From Candidatus Thorarchaeota archaeon (lineage in GTDB: Archaea > Asgardarchaeota > Thorarchaeia > Thorarchaeales > Thorarchaeaceae): a stretch of 64,000 nt of DNA. The notes below the pieces were generated by a model that ran no database searches, was not told the origin of the DNA, and was given only the letters and a program-made list of their open reading frames with translations. A program made the translations under genes and the position numbers. Location of the stretch: positions 295,778 through 359,777 of the forward strand of contig JAWOEX010000028.1 in the NCBI GenBank assembly GCA_046482545.1. Reading direction: 5' to 3'. Below are positions 21,437 through 30,813 of the stretch, piece by piece. Within the stretch, counting starts at the first letter, position 1. Each line of letters begins with the position of its first letter.

Positions 21437-24094
21437 TCAGGCCGCTCTAGCCATTAGCTGTATGATGGGAGTGACATAGGCTTCAATGACAGATGCTAAC
21501 AACAAGAAGAAGATAATCAAAGCATAGCTGCGCCACGTCCGCATATCGGCCAGCAATTCACGAGTTTTCGAAGGAAACTCAGCCCAATTCTCCTGCATAA
21601 TGAGAGGAGACAGGTTCCTAGCAATGCGAATAGAAATGGCTGCAGAGAGTAAGAAAGCAGGAATCTCTATTATGGCATGAGGAAGGGTACCAGCTAGAAA
21701 TACAATCAAACCACCATCTGGAGCATTGAGATAAATCGCGCTCAGACCACCTAAGATAAGTGCTGTTGAGAGTACCTCGGAAATGGCCAAGGACATCAAG
21801 CTAAATCGAATATAGTTCAAAAGTGGGTCACCAGAATCCTTGGTGACGAGTGAATATCCAGCGGTCAGTATCAGTGGGAGAACAATGAGGGCGATAAGGA
21901 CAAATTGATCATCGTAGATAAAATACTCCATCGCAATCAACGTGGCAGCAACCGGTACCCACCATATCTTACCTTTAACTCCATAGACTCCTTTGATGAA
22001 GAAAACAACCAAGTATATCGCCAGAAGAACACTATAGATTATAGCAGCTCTCAAACCAAGTTGCGCTGCAAAACCCCATGGCCAAGCGTTGGGTTGGAAG
22101 AATCCTAGGGTCATATCTCTAAAAGTCCATAGATAGGCTGCAATCGCTCCGGCAAAGATGCCAACTATACTGACGATTCCAATCTTTCGTTCATTCGATT
22201 CTTTCTCAAGAGCTAGAAGCCATAGAATGGCCGACCAGAAGACTGGCCCGAGTAATAGCATGAGCAAAGTCCGAATCACGTTGTGTTCAGCTATAATTGG
22301 AAATATGCTGCCACCGCTGCGTAATACAAATGCTTCTAGAACAGCCTCCAATCCGTCAGGAGCCCCAATCTCGTTGAACAACGTGATAATGTACCCCTCG
22401 AGCAATCCGGGATCTAGTACTACCCCAGCCAAATACACACCAAACAACGAAGCACATACACCACCCAAGAACATGAGCACAGTATCTATCACATCTTTCT
22501 GATGAACGCTCAAAAGGGGACCGGTTTCTTCACCTTGTGAAATTCGCCACTTCTCACGAAAATCGAAGAAGTACAGGATAAAAAGCACAGTGACAATATA
22601 AATTGGAACAAATACAATGAACTGAAATGCTACTCTCAGTAAGTAGTCGGCTCGTATGGGGGGAGTAACTATTGGACGTAATCGATAGAAGATATATGGC
22701 CCAAGCGCTGTGGGGGTTGGTTTTACCGTTAATAGGAAATCCATCCCCGGTAGCAAGAACCATACAGCAACTGCAACAGTTAAAGCAGAAAAGAAAGCAA
22801 AGCCTTCCTTACCGCATTGAGTCCGTCGCAATACATAGTGTCCTAGAACACCAAGAAGAATCATACTTGCAAACGGAATCAGCAACATCATTAGGGCCCA
22901 AATCGTGGGCGCGATGAGTATTCCGTTGTTACGTGCGTTATTGAGCAGAGTAACCACTACTCTGTCGACCATACTGGGAAGGAGAGCGAACTCACCCATC
23001 TGAGTGAAGGAGAAATGGAGACAAACCATCATGACAGCCCCCACAAACGCCCCCGTCACCAAGACCCCACTGGCAAGAGCAGATAGAAAATTCGTAGCTG
23101 CATCGCTCCAGTCAAACGACTCTGCCTTTTCGCGAAATTTTCTTATTGAATCGAAAATGCGTTTGTAGAGAAAAACGGAAAAATCTTCTACTAAGGGGAA
23201 TATTAGAATGACAAACAGAATGGGTGGAAAGGCGAAAGCTAATCCCATGCCATAATAACCAATTAGAGTACCGAGCGTACCGGTCTGGATTCCATGAACA
23301 ATATGAATTCCAATACTAAATAGTGACCATAAGAGGTTAAGCCTGAAGAACCACCCGAGCACACCTTGCATCATCTCATCGCCTAGGTCTCTTTCACCAA
23401 GCTTCAAACCGGCTCCTTTGGCAATGCGATTAGAGCCAGGGTATCCAAATCTGTAAATCCACGTTAGGAAGATGAGTACTCCTTGGACATAGGGGCCAAT
23501 TGCTGTACTCATGTATATAGGGATGGATGGTAGAATTGTAACAAGTCCAATGATGAGATAGTCTTTCCATGATTCGCTCCAAGCTTTTTCCTGTACTTTC
23601 GGGTCCAGAGGCTGAGGCTCAACATTTTCAAAACGAATGTGGTCAAGCCTGTCGCCAAGCCCAGAGTATTCATCTGTCTCTGGTTCGTTTCCTGTTAGTC
23701 TTTTGATAAGATTACTAAACTTGCGCTTCATGGGATCCTGTAGTGTAAGCTTGACTATCAACACGAGCTGCCCAAAAAGCACAGCTACAAATGATACCAT
23801 GATCCATGTGAGATAATCCTGCAGCGCGTAAGTAAACTGAAAAACAAAGTCAGTGATTATCACCCAATATAGGTCCCCAGAACTCACAGTGGGATCAAAG
23901 AAGGATGGAAGTCCAGAATTAGGAGCAAACCATATATTGAGAAGGAAGAAGGTAGCTACCTTTACCGCCATCATTATGATAAATGCTTCAATTAGTCTGT
24001 TTCGTCTTTCTCTGAAAAAAATCAGATAGAAGAGGGCAACTACAAGCGCGGGAATGAATTCAACTAGAATAGTCAAAGGGGTGATACTTACCAT
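21437..24094 (-). CDS. Large polytopic membrane protein with a C-terminal SpoIIM-like domain
   Basis: 885 aa with many TM helices; C-terminal LPHAIIEIPAFLLSAA and LLLASVIEAYVTP are SpoIIM-type motifs. Confidence 0.75.
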   Translation of the reverse strand: MVSITPLTILVEFIPALVVALFYLIFFRERRNRLIEAFIIMMAVKVATFFLLNIWFAPNSGLPSFFDPTVSSGDLYWVIITDFVFQFTYALQDYLTWIMVSFVAVLFGQLVLIVKLTLQDPMKRKFSNLIKRLTGNEPETDEYSGLGDRLDHIRFENVEPQPLDPKVQEKAWSESWKDYLIIGLVTILPSIPIYMSTAIGPYVQGVLIFLTWIYRFGYPGSNRIAKGAGLKLGERDLGDEMMQGVLGWFFRLNLLWSLFSIGIHIVHGIQTGTLGTLIGYYGMGLAFAFPPILFVILIFPLVEDFSVFLYKRIFDSIRKFREKAESFDWSDAATNFLSALASGVLVTGAFVGAVMMVCLHFSFTQMGEFALLPSMVDRVVVTLLNNARNNGILIAPTIWALMMLLIPFASMILLGVLGHYVLRRTQCGKEGFAFFSALTVAVAVWFLLPGMDFLLTVKPTPTALGPYIFYRLRPIVTPPIRADYLLRVAFQFIVFVPIYIVTVLFILYFFDFREKWRISQGEETGPLLSVHQKDVIDTVLMFLGGVCASLFGVYLAGVVLDPGLLEGYIITLFNEIGAPDGLEAVLEAFVLRSGGSIFPIIAEHNVIRTLLMLLLGPVFWSAILWLLALEKESNERKIGIVSIVGIFAGAIAAYLWTFRDMTLGFFQPNAWPWGFAAQLGLRAAIIYSVLLAIYLVVFFIKGVYGVKGKIWWVPVAATLIAMEYFIYDDQFVLIALIVLPLILTAGYSLVTKDSGDPLLNYIRFSLMSLAISEVLSTALILGGLSAIYLNAPDGGLIVFLAGTLPHAIIEIPAFLLSAAISIRIARNLSPLIMQENWAEFPSKTRELLADMRTWRSYALIIFFLLLASVIEAYVTPIIQLMARAA

Positions 24095-24274
24095 TGGCAG
24101 ATAACTCCATTCACTACTAGGACACTATTTTAAGAGCATCTTAGTGATAAAGGTTAGTTGGACAGACTCAGAAATATGGAGATCTGGGATATTTCATCAA
24201 GTCGGATTATAGCTATACCAAAACCCTTTAGAAGGGGATTAATTATTGTTAATTCAAACACAATTGGTGATGTT

Positions 24275-24769
24275 ATGGAAATTAGCCAAAAACTAACAGA
24301 TGCGCTAAATGGTCAAATCAACTATGAACTCTACAGTGGTTACATCTACTTGTCAATGGCAACGTGGATGGAAGAACAAAATCTCAATGGTATGGCCCAT
24401 TGGCTCAAGGTTCAGGCTGAGGAAGAATATGAACACGCTATGAAATTCTGGAATCATGTGGCAGACCGAGGAGGCAAAGTCACGCTCTCAGCCATCGAGA
24501 AACCAAAGACAGAGTGGGTGTCCGCCCTCGAGGTTTTCCAAGATGCATACGAACACGAGATGAAAGTGACAAAGCGAATCTTCAATATCGGAAAGATAGC
24601 AGATGAGCTAGGCGATCGAAGTATTGAGCCTCTACTGGCTTGGTTCTATGATGAGCAGGTAGAAGAAGAAGAGCAGACCATGCGAATCAGAGATCTCCTT
24701 GAGATGATTGGTGATTCGACAAACGCACTCTTCATGCTGGACCAGAAGCTTGGAGCCAGAGAGGACTAG
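24275..24769 (+). CDS. ftnA: Non-heme ferritin
   Basis: LN.QIN.ELYS.YIYLSM, EEYEHA.K, EQVEEE; GGTGAT SD-like site before ATG 24275. Confidence 0.95.
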   Translation: MEISQKLTDALNGQINYELYSGYIYLSMATWMEEQNLNGMAHWLKVQAEEEYEHAMKFWNHVADRGGKVTLSAIEKPKTEWVSALEVFQDAYEHEMKVTKRIFNIGKIADELGDRSIEPLLAWFYDEQVEEEEQTMRIRDLLEMIGDSTNALFMLDQKLGARED

Positions 24770-24801
24770 CAAACCGAATATACCAGAGCAGCAAGTATTT
24801 T

Positions 24802-24824
24802 GGGGTGCCAGTTTTTGGCACCTC
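24802..24824 (+). terminator. Stem-loop after ferritin
   Basis: GGGGUGCCA/UGGCACCUC stem followed by T-rich sequence. Confidence 0.55.
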
Positions 24825-24928
24825 TAACCTACTTTTTCGTACCTTTTGTTCACTAGCAACAATGAAAAGGGGGCATTTCACGCAATATGATGTACTAGAT
24901 TTGGTTCACATCTGGCCGGAGGTCTTTA

Positions 24929-25723
24929 ATGAAAGTCCCGAATGGTTTGTTCCTACCCGATTTGGATGATGCAAAAAAGGACATCTGTAATTTCATCAGT
25001 CAATACTTGCAAGAAGCAGGTCTAGAAGGTGTTGTTCTGGGCTTGTCCGGGGGTATCGATTCTGCTCTCACAGCAGCTCTAGCATGCGAAGCGCTGGGTT
25101 CTGAATCAGTAAAAACCTTCATGATGCCAGTATCTGCAGAAAAGGATCAACGGAATATCAACGACGCAAAATCAGTTGCAGAAAATATTGGTATTACTAC
25201 TCAGCTCTTCGAAATTGGACCAGCTGTTGATTTCTACAAATCCAAGATGTCTCTAGATAGGCTTTCTGAAGCCAATCTCACGGCACGACTGCGCATGGTA
25301 GTACTGTACGCCGAAGCGAATCAGAATGACCTACTCGTCTTGGGAACAGGCAACAAATCCGAAATCATGGCCGGTTACTTCACAAAATACGGTGATGGGG
25401 CAGCAGATATCTTGCCCATCGGCGATTTGTACAAAACGAATATATTCAATTTAACAGAATTCATGAGACTCCCCAAATTCTTGCTCACCAAGGCTCCATC
25501 GGCAGGTTTGTGGCCAGGACAGACGGATGAAGGTGAACTCGGTGTCACATTTGATGTCTTAGATACAGTACTGTTCATGTTGTATGAGCAAAATGCAGAG
25601 GAAAAAGAGATACTGGAATACGGTGTTTCAGAACAAGACCTCAACCGTGTTAAACAGTTGGTACGCCAATCAGAACACAAAAGAGCGAGGGTACCACTCA
25701 AAAATATCAAAAGAAGCAAATAG
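24929..25723 (+). CDS. nadE: NH3-dependent NAD+ synthetase
   Basis: GLSGGIDSA, N..ARLRM, GTGNKSE, YFTKYGDG, PSAGLW.GQTDE. Confidence 0.97.
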   Translation: MKVPNGLFLPDLDDAKKDICNFISQYLQEAGLEGVVLGLSGGIDSALTAALACEALGSESVKTFMMPVSAEKDQRNINDAKSVAENIGITTQLFEIGPAVDFYKSKMSLDRLSEANLTARLRMVVLYAEANQNDLLVLGTGNKSEIMAGYFTKYGDGAADILPIGDLYKTNIFNLTEFMRLPKFLLTKAPSAGLWPGQTDEGELGVTFDVLDTVLFMLYEQNAEEKEILEYGVSEQDLNRVKQLVRQSEHKRARVPLKNIKRSK

Positions 25724-25757
25724 CAGTAGAGCTATTTGTTGAATTGCGATCAACTGG

Positions 25758-27764
25758 ATGGTCAGATTGATGTTACCGAAAGAAGTTGTAAGGGAAGTAA
25801 GGGAAACCGTTTCCGGTTTTAGCGCTAAGGACTTTGTTACTGGAATTTCGCAGTTCCATAGAATTCAGGCGAGCCCTGGATTTGATGATGCTGTTGATTA
25901 TCTAATAAAGCAAATAAATCACGCTTCTGATGCTAAGGTTGAGGTCTTCGATTATCTAGCGAATGGTAGAGGGAAAATCGGGACTTGGGAAACACCATAT
26001 GGGTGGTCAGCTGAATCAGCAACACTGGAGATGATAGAACCTGAGAAGAAAGTGCTCGCGGATTTCCAGGCAGAGCCTATTTCTCTAGTAGCACACTCCA
26101 CCTCAGCTGATGGCGCATTTGAAGTAGTCTTTGTTGGTGAAGGATTGGAGGCGTCTGACTATGAGGGAAAAGATATCGAGGGTAAGCTTGTTCTTACAAC
26201 AAGCAAGGCATCCCGGGTACACAGAATCGCATGTATAGAAAGGAATGCAGCAGGGGTCCTTACGTTTGTTCCCCCCGAGGGAAAAAATGAGATAGCTAGT
26301 ATGAGAAGGTATGAAGCAGCTTGGCCTGCGCCCGGAGAAGACAAGAAGACCAAATTCGGGTTTTCACTAACACAGGCAGACGGACTCAAGCTAAAGAATT
26401 TACTTGAAGATGGCAAAGACGTACTCGTTCAAGCTAGTATTGAAGCTGAGATTGAAGATAGAAACCTAGAGGTTGTTTCTGCACTCCTTGAGGGGGAAGA
26501 AGCAGACAAAGAGGTTTGGTTCATATCACATATCTGTCATCCCCATCCTGGGGCCAACGACAATGCATCAGGTAGCGGAGCCCTTCTTGAAACATTGAGG
26601 TCCATCCACAGGCTAATTGAAAGAGAAGATATCAAGCAACCAAGCTATTCAATAAGATTTGTCTGGGTACCTGAATGGCACGGGACCATCAAGTTCCTAG
26701 ATAACAATAAGGATCTTCTTGAGAGAATCACGAGTGTAATAAACGCAGACATGGTGGGCTCTGATCCATGTGAATCTGGTGCAGTCACCAACCTTTTCAG
26801 AACACCGTATTCTCTCCCGACAACACTCAACAATGTAGTGAGGTATTGGTTAGAGGAGGAAGCCGAAGTAGATAGAAAACCGGAGCATGGTGGAACCGAA
26901 GCTCCGTTTCGATTCAATTATAGTACCTACTCGGCCGGCAGCGACCATTTCATGTTCACTGATTCCAATATTGCAATTCCCGCAGTGATGATAAACCAGT
27001 ACCCTGACAAATCCTATCACACAAGCACTGACACTATCGACAAGATTGACCCAGCACAAATGGCTTTTGTAACAAGAGCTCTAGTGCTTTCAGCGATTTC
27101 ATTAGCGCATCCCAACTATGTCTCTAAGGAAACCTTGCTGACTCTCTGTCGAAACGAGTGCATAGAAATCATGCAGAGAATCACAAACAGGGGAGTGAAC
27201 GAACTCGCAAGATGCCTTGGGGATCCCGAAGACATCTATCCTCGAATTCTCAGATGGCTCGATTATGCAAAGGAGTTAGGAATGGCTACATTAGATGAAG
27301 CCGAAAAAGAGTGGCATCTGATAAGAGAACAGGAAGCGGTCAGAAAATCTCTGAAGGCAAGTATACAAATGACATATACAACGGAGATGATGATTGCAAG
27401 AAAGGCCTACGAAGGCGCTTGTGTTGAGATTGGGATGGAGGCCAAGGATGAGGATCATCTTGAGATAGACCTAGAGCAGTTCGATGAAGAGGTTAGAAGA
27501 AAGACCGAATACGCGCTCTACCCAGCTTATATTGCTAGACATCTAAAGGAGAAGCGGGTCAAGTATTTCCGGATTCGAGAAGAAGACAAGCAGTTCTACA
27601 ATAGAATCGATGAATTGCTGAATCTCGCTCACGGGGGGATAAGCCTGAACGAAGCATATGACAGGCTCTCTTTCCAGTTTGGTGAGTGGGAGTCGAGTGA
27701 GATTTGGTCGCTTGTCAAGGATCTTGAGAAGTTAGGTCTGGTCGAAATCAGCGATGCTCAGTAG
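25758..27764 (+). CDS. M28-type aminopeptidase-like protein (DUF4910-like) with PA domain
   Basis: HRIQASPG, SHICHP.PGANDNASG, PEWHG, ADMVG, GSDH, YHTS.D. Confidence 0.8.
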   Translation: MVRLMLPKEVVREVRETVSGFSAKDFVTGISQFHRIQASPGFDDAVDYLIKQINHASDAKVEVFDYLANGRGKIGTWETPYGWSAESATLEMIEPEKKVLADFQAEPISLVAHSTSADGAFEVVFVGEGLEASDYEGKDIEGKLVLTTSKASRVHRIACIERNAAGVLTFVPPEGKNEIASMRRYEAAWPAPGEDKKTKFGFSLTQADGLKLKNLLEDGKDVLVQASIEAEIEDRNLEVVSALLEGEEADKEVWFISHICHPHPGANDNASGSGALLETLRSIHRLIEREDIKQPSYSIRFVWVPEWHGTIKFLDNNKDLLERITSVINADMVGSDPCESGAVTNLFRTPYSLPTTLNNVVRYWLEEEAEVDRKPEHGGTEAPFRFNYSTYSAGSDHFMFTDSNIAIPAVMINQYPDKSYHTSTDTIDKIDPAQMAFVTRALVLSAISLAHPNYVSKETLLTLCRNECIEIMQRITNRGVNELARCLGDPEDIYPRILRWLDYAKELGMATLDEAEKEWHLIREQEAVRKSLKASIQMTYTTEMMIARKAYEGACVEIGMEAKDEDHLEIDLEQFDEEVRRKTEYALYPAYIARHLKEKRVKYFRIREEDKQFYNRIDELLNLAHGGISLNEAYDRLSFQFGEWESSEIWSLVKDLEKLGLVEISDAQ

Positions 27765-27776
27765 GACGCGAACAGC

Positions 27777-28253
27777 ATGCCTCCATTCAAGAAAGTAGTT
27801 TACGCTGGTACCTTCGATAGGCTCCATGAAGGACACAAGAGGCTTATTCGGAAGGCATTTGAACTCGGGGACCATGTCGGCCTCGGACTCAGTAGTGATG
27901 AGATGGCTACGAGGACCAGAGCTGGGGAGAATATTCTTCCTTTCGAAACAAGAAAGCAAGCTCTGATGGACTTCATCAGAGAAGAAGGGGAACCAGATAG
28001 ATGTCAAATCTTCAAAATTGAAACTGTTGTCGGGGGTGGAGATAGAATGGAGGATCTCGAAGCACTACTAGTTAGTGACGAAATCAAGGTAGTCGAGAAT
28101 GCATTCCGAATTAATAGAATGCGAATTAAGAACGGACTCAAGAGATTCGCAATTGTCATTATACCAAGAGTTTTGACCAAAGACAAGGAACCAGTCTCAT
28201 CTTCAAGAAAACGTCTCGGTGAAAGCTTCGCTGATAAAGAGCTCATTTATTGA
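27777..28253 (+). CDS. coaD: Phosphopantetheine adenylyltransferase (archaeal/eukaryotic type)
   Basis: GTFDRLHEGHK, LLVS.E, IN..R...GL, PVSSSR. Confidence 0.85.
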   Translation: MPPFKKVVYAGTFDRLHEGHKRLIRKAFELGDHVGLGLSSDEMATRTRAGENILPFETRKQALMDFIREEGEPDRCQIFKIETVVGGGDRMEDLEALLVSDEIKVVENAFRINRMRIKNGLKRFAIVIIPRVLTKDKEPVSSSRKRLGESFADKELIY

Positions 28254-29217
28254 AGGGATGTGTATTCGTTTGGCAAAGGGTGATGAATTACCTTCCGCTT
28301 ATGGAGGCAAAGGTTGGTCGCAAAGAGAGAAGACACATAGAGAAGAAATAGGTGAGATTTGGACACTATGTGGTGTTAACACTGAATGGAGAAAGCTGAA
28401 AAGCGTTTTACTTCATAAACCAGGAAAAGAACTGCAGGTGGATAAGCCGGAATCAGCCCAGATGCTTGAACAAGTTGATTTTCATCAAGCTCAGCAGGAA
28501 TATCAAAACCTTATTGACGCTTACGAAGAAGAGGGTATTGAAGTTCACCTAGTCAAACCTCAAACCACTCCACCACCGAATCTAGTGTTCATGGCGGACT
28601 TGTTCTTTATGACTCCAGAGGGGGCAATACTTGCACGACCCGCAAGCACCGTTAGGGCCGGAGAGGAGCGTATAGTACTGCGAGAACTGGCAAATATTGG
28701 AATTCCTATGCTTGGACAAATCCGGGCCAACGGAACCTTTGAAGCAGCGGACGCAACATGGTTGGAAAAGAATTCAGCTCTTGTGGCCGATGGCCTTCGA
28801 ACCAACGTGAGCGGTGCTCAACAGCTGAAGGGAATCCTCGAAGAAATAGGAGTAGAAGTCATCAGAGTAGGTCTCCCCATTGGTTCCATGCATCTGATGG
28901 GAGTATTACGTTTTCTGAGTAAGGAGAAGGCAATCGTCTGGCCCGGCCGAACACCCTATCGTGCTGTTGAAGCGTTGAAAAACTCAGGATATGATGTATT
29001 ATTTGCACCTGATTTGCGAGAGGCAAAGAACGGAATGGCACTCAATTTCGTTACACTTGATTCTAACAAGATTTTGATGCCTAAGGGGAACCCTGTAACT
29101 AAGAAGTTCCTCGAGGATATAGGAGTTGATTGCCTTACGGTTAGTATAACCGAACTCAGCAAGGCCGCTGGAGGAATCGGTTGTATGACAGGCATCCTTG
29201 AACGAGAATTAAAATAA
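28219..29217 (+). CDS. Amidinotransferase / arginine deiminase / DDAH-family protein (true start probably ~28258-28270)
   Basis: E...LKSVLLH.PG, F..D, RAGEE, FE..D, RTN, MHL, KAAGGIGCMT with the catalytic Cys. Confidence 0.85.
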   Translation: MKASLIKSSFIEGMCIRLAKGDELPSAYGGKGWSQREKTHREEIGEIWTLCGVNTEWRKLKSVLLHKPGKELQVDKPESAQMLEQVDFHQAQQEYQNLIDAYEEEGIEVHLVKPQTTPPPNLVFMADLFFMTPEGAILARPASTVRAGEERIVLRELANIGIPMLGQIRANGTFEAADATWLEKNSALVADGLRTNVSGAQQLKGILEEIGVEVIRVGLPIGSMHLMGVLRFLSKEKAIVWPGRTPYRAVEALKNSGYDVLFAPDLREAKNGMALNFVTLDSNKILMPKGNPVTKKFLEDIGVDCLTVSITELSKAAGGIGCMTGILERELK

Positions 29218-29220
29218 TCA

Positions 29221-29307
29221 GCGGAGGGGCATCGTCATCCTTGAAAACTCGCGTTGAGATATCATTGGGGTCTTTTCAGGGAAGAATGATCCGATGACTT
29301 CCTCCGC
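29221..29307. other. Long imperfect hairpin (87 nt)
   Basis: Stacked helices GCGGAGG/CCTCCGC, CATCG/CGATG, TCAT/ATGA, CCTTGAAAA/TTTTCAGGG. Confidence 0.6.
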
Positions 29308-29949
29308 CATGTTATCATGAATTAGATGAATTAAATAGTGGTGTATCACCCACAGAATGTACGAAATAGATTTTTACAATTTCTTGTCCTGCACTATCTT
29401 TAATCCCAACAGAATTGAAGACTCATGCGGTACAACTTGCATGTAAAGCGCTAGTCTCCGTAAGGCAAAGTTTCACCCATAACCTAGTATGTTGGCATAA
29501 GATTATGTCTTCTTAACGTAGATTCTCCTTACTAAGTGGTAATGACTCAATATCTTTTGGAAAAAGAGATAGAATCGGAAGGAGGTGTCTCAGATGTTGT
29601 TTTCACTAGTTTCGCAATCTACCATGGTGGGTCAGTCAGCCTGTGCGGAATCATCATCCTTCACCTTCAACCTACTCCCATGATTTTGTATCATCGGAAG
29701 TCTATCAAATTCTGCATCTCTTGACGTGAAGGGAATATGAGCCTAAGTCTTCAAAAGGAAGCTAGTGAAGAGTCTGAGTAATGTAATCATAGGCCCGAAA
29801 ATTGTATTGTGCAATGAAGAATTGCACTGTCTACTTGTTTGCAGGAAAGGCGAAATATCACGATGGGCAGGACGTTTCTTCAATATTGTGTGCATTGCTT
29901 ACCGTTTCTGTTTTCGTCTATCCCTTCCACCATAAATCACCTATCGGGA

Positions 29950-30648
29950 TTATCCCTGCTTGTGTTGAACGCCAACTGATGTTTTTCCAAACCAAGGATT
30001 CGTCAGTGCAGTGGTAGCAACCAGAGTTGCACCAACATTGAGCCCGTCGGATATGAACCCCATACCGAGGTCCAACAATGGAAGTCTGAGTAATTGGCTT
30101 ATCAGGGCCAGTAATATGGAGAAAAGTAAGAGGTCGCTTCGAACTTCCTTCAACCTCTTTGTTCTCCAAGTAATGAAGAATGTAGCAGCCAGACCAATCA
30201 TTAAGACGATAAGAATAGGGATAAGCAATACCATGATCATGTTCTGTGATGGAGCAAAAAGGGTTATAGCTGCCCAGTATGCCACAAGGATACCCATGAT
30301 TTTAACATGATGCTGTTTGAATTTTGAGAGCCAGATATTGAGTAATGCACCCAGAAGAGGGAATGCTGTGGCACATATAATCAGGGCCCGAATACGAAAT
30401 AATGTCATGGTGGATGTCATGAAACCAGAAAGAGAAAGGCCTTGGATAAGAGTATTCAAAGATTGACCCAAAAATGTAAATCCAAACATGAGAGGTAGGT
30501 CGGTATACAGCCTGCCGGGTTGATCATACCAGACCTTGAAAAGATATGTGGAGAGAAGAATAGAAATCACCGCGGCAATAATACTTGAGACCGATACCAA
30601 ATCAAAAGGAATTTGCATTCTAGCATACACCAACCATACCATCGTCAA
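29950..30648 (-). CDS. Hypothetical membrane protein, ~7 TM
   Basis: Seven hydrophobic segments, no soluble domain. Confidence 0.7.
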   Translation of the reverse strand: MTMVWLVYARMQIPFDLVSVSSIIAAVISILLSTYLFKVWYDQPGRLYTDLPLMFGFTFLGQSLNTLIQGLSLSGFMTSTMTLFRIRALIICATAFPLLGALLNIWLSKFKQHHVKIMGILVAYWAAITLFAPSQNMIMVLLIPILIVLMIGLAATFFITWRTKRLKEVRSDLLLFSILLALISQLLRLPLLDLGMGFISDGLNVGATLVATTALTNPWFGKTSVGVQHKQG

Positions 30649-30813
30649 TGAGGATATCTAGACGGCAACTTATAACCTCGTAAATAATTGCAGGAAGATG
30701 ACTGAATGGGTAGAGTAGCTCAGATTTTTAAACTCACAAATGCTCTCTTTGAATTCAAATTGGCAATATAGTTTGGCTGAAAGGGCCAGAGGATGAGGTC
30801 CTAGCCCTATTCA

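Noticed and set aside
29310-29470. Minus-strand peptide IKDSAGQE resembling the small-GTPase G3 motif
   Set aside because: No G1 (GxxxxGK[ST]) or G4 motif and no sustained frame; likely chance.
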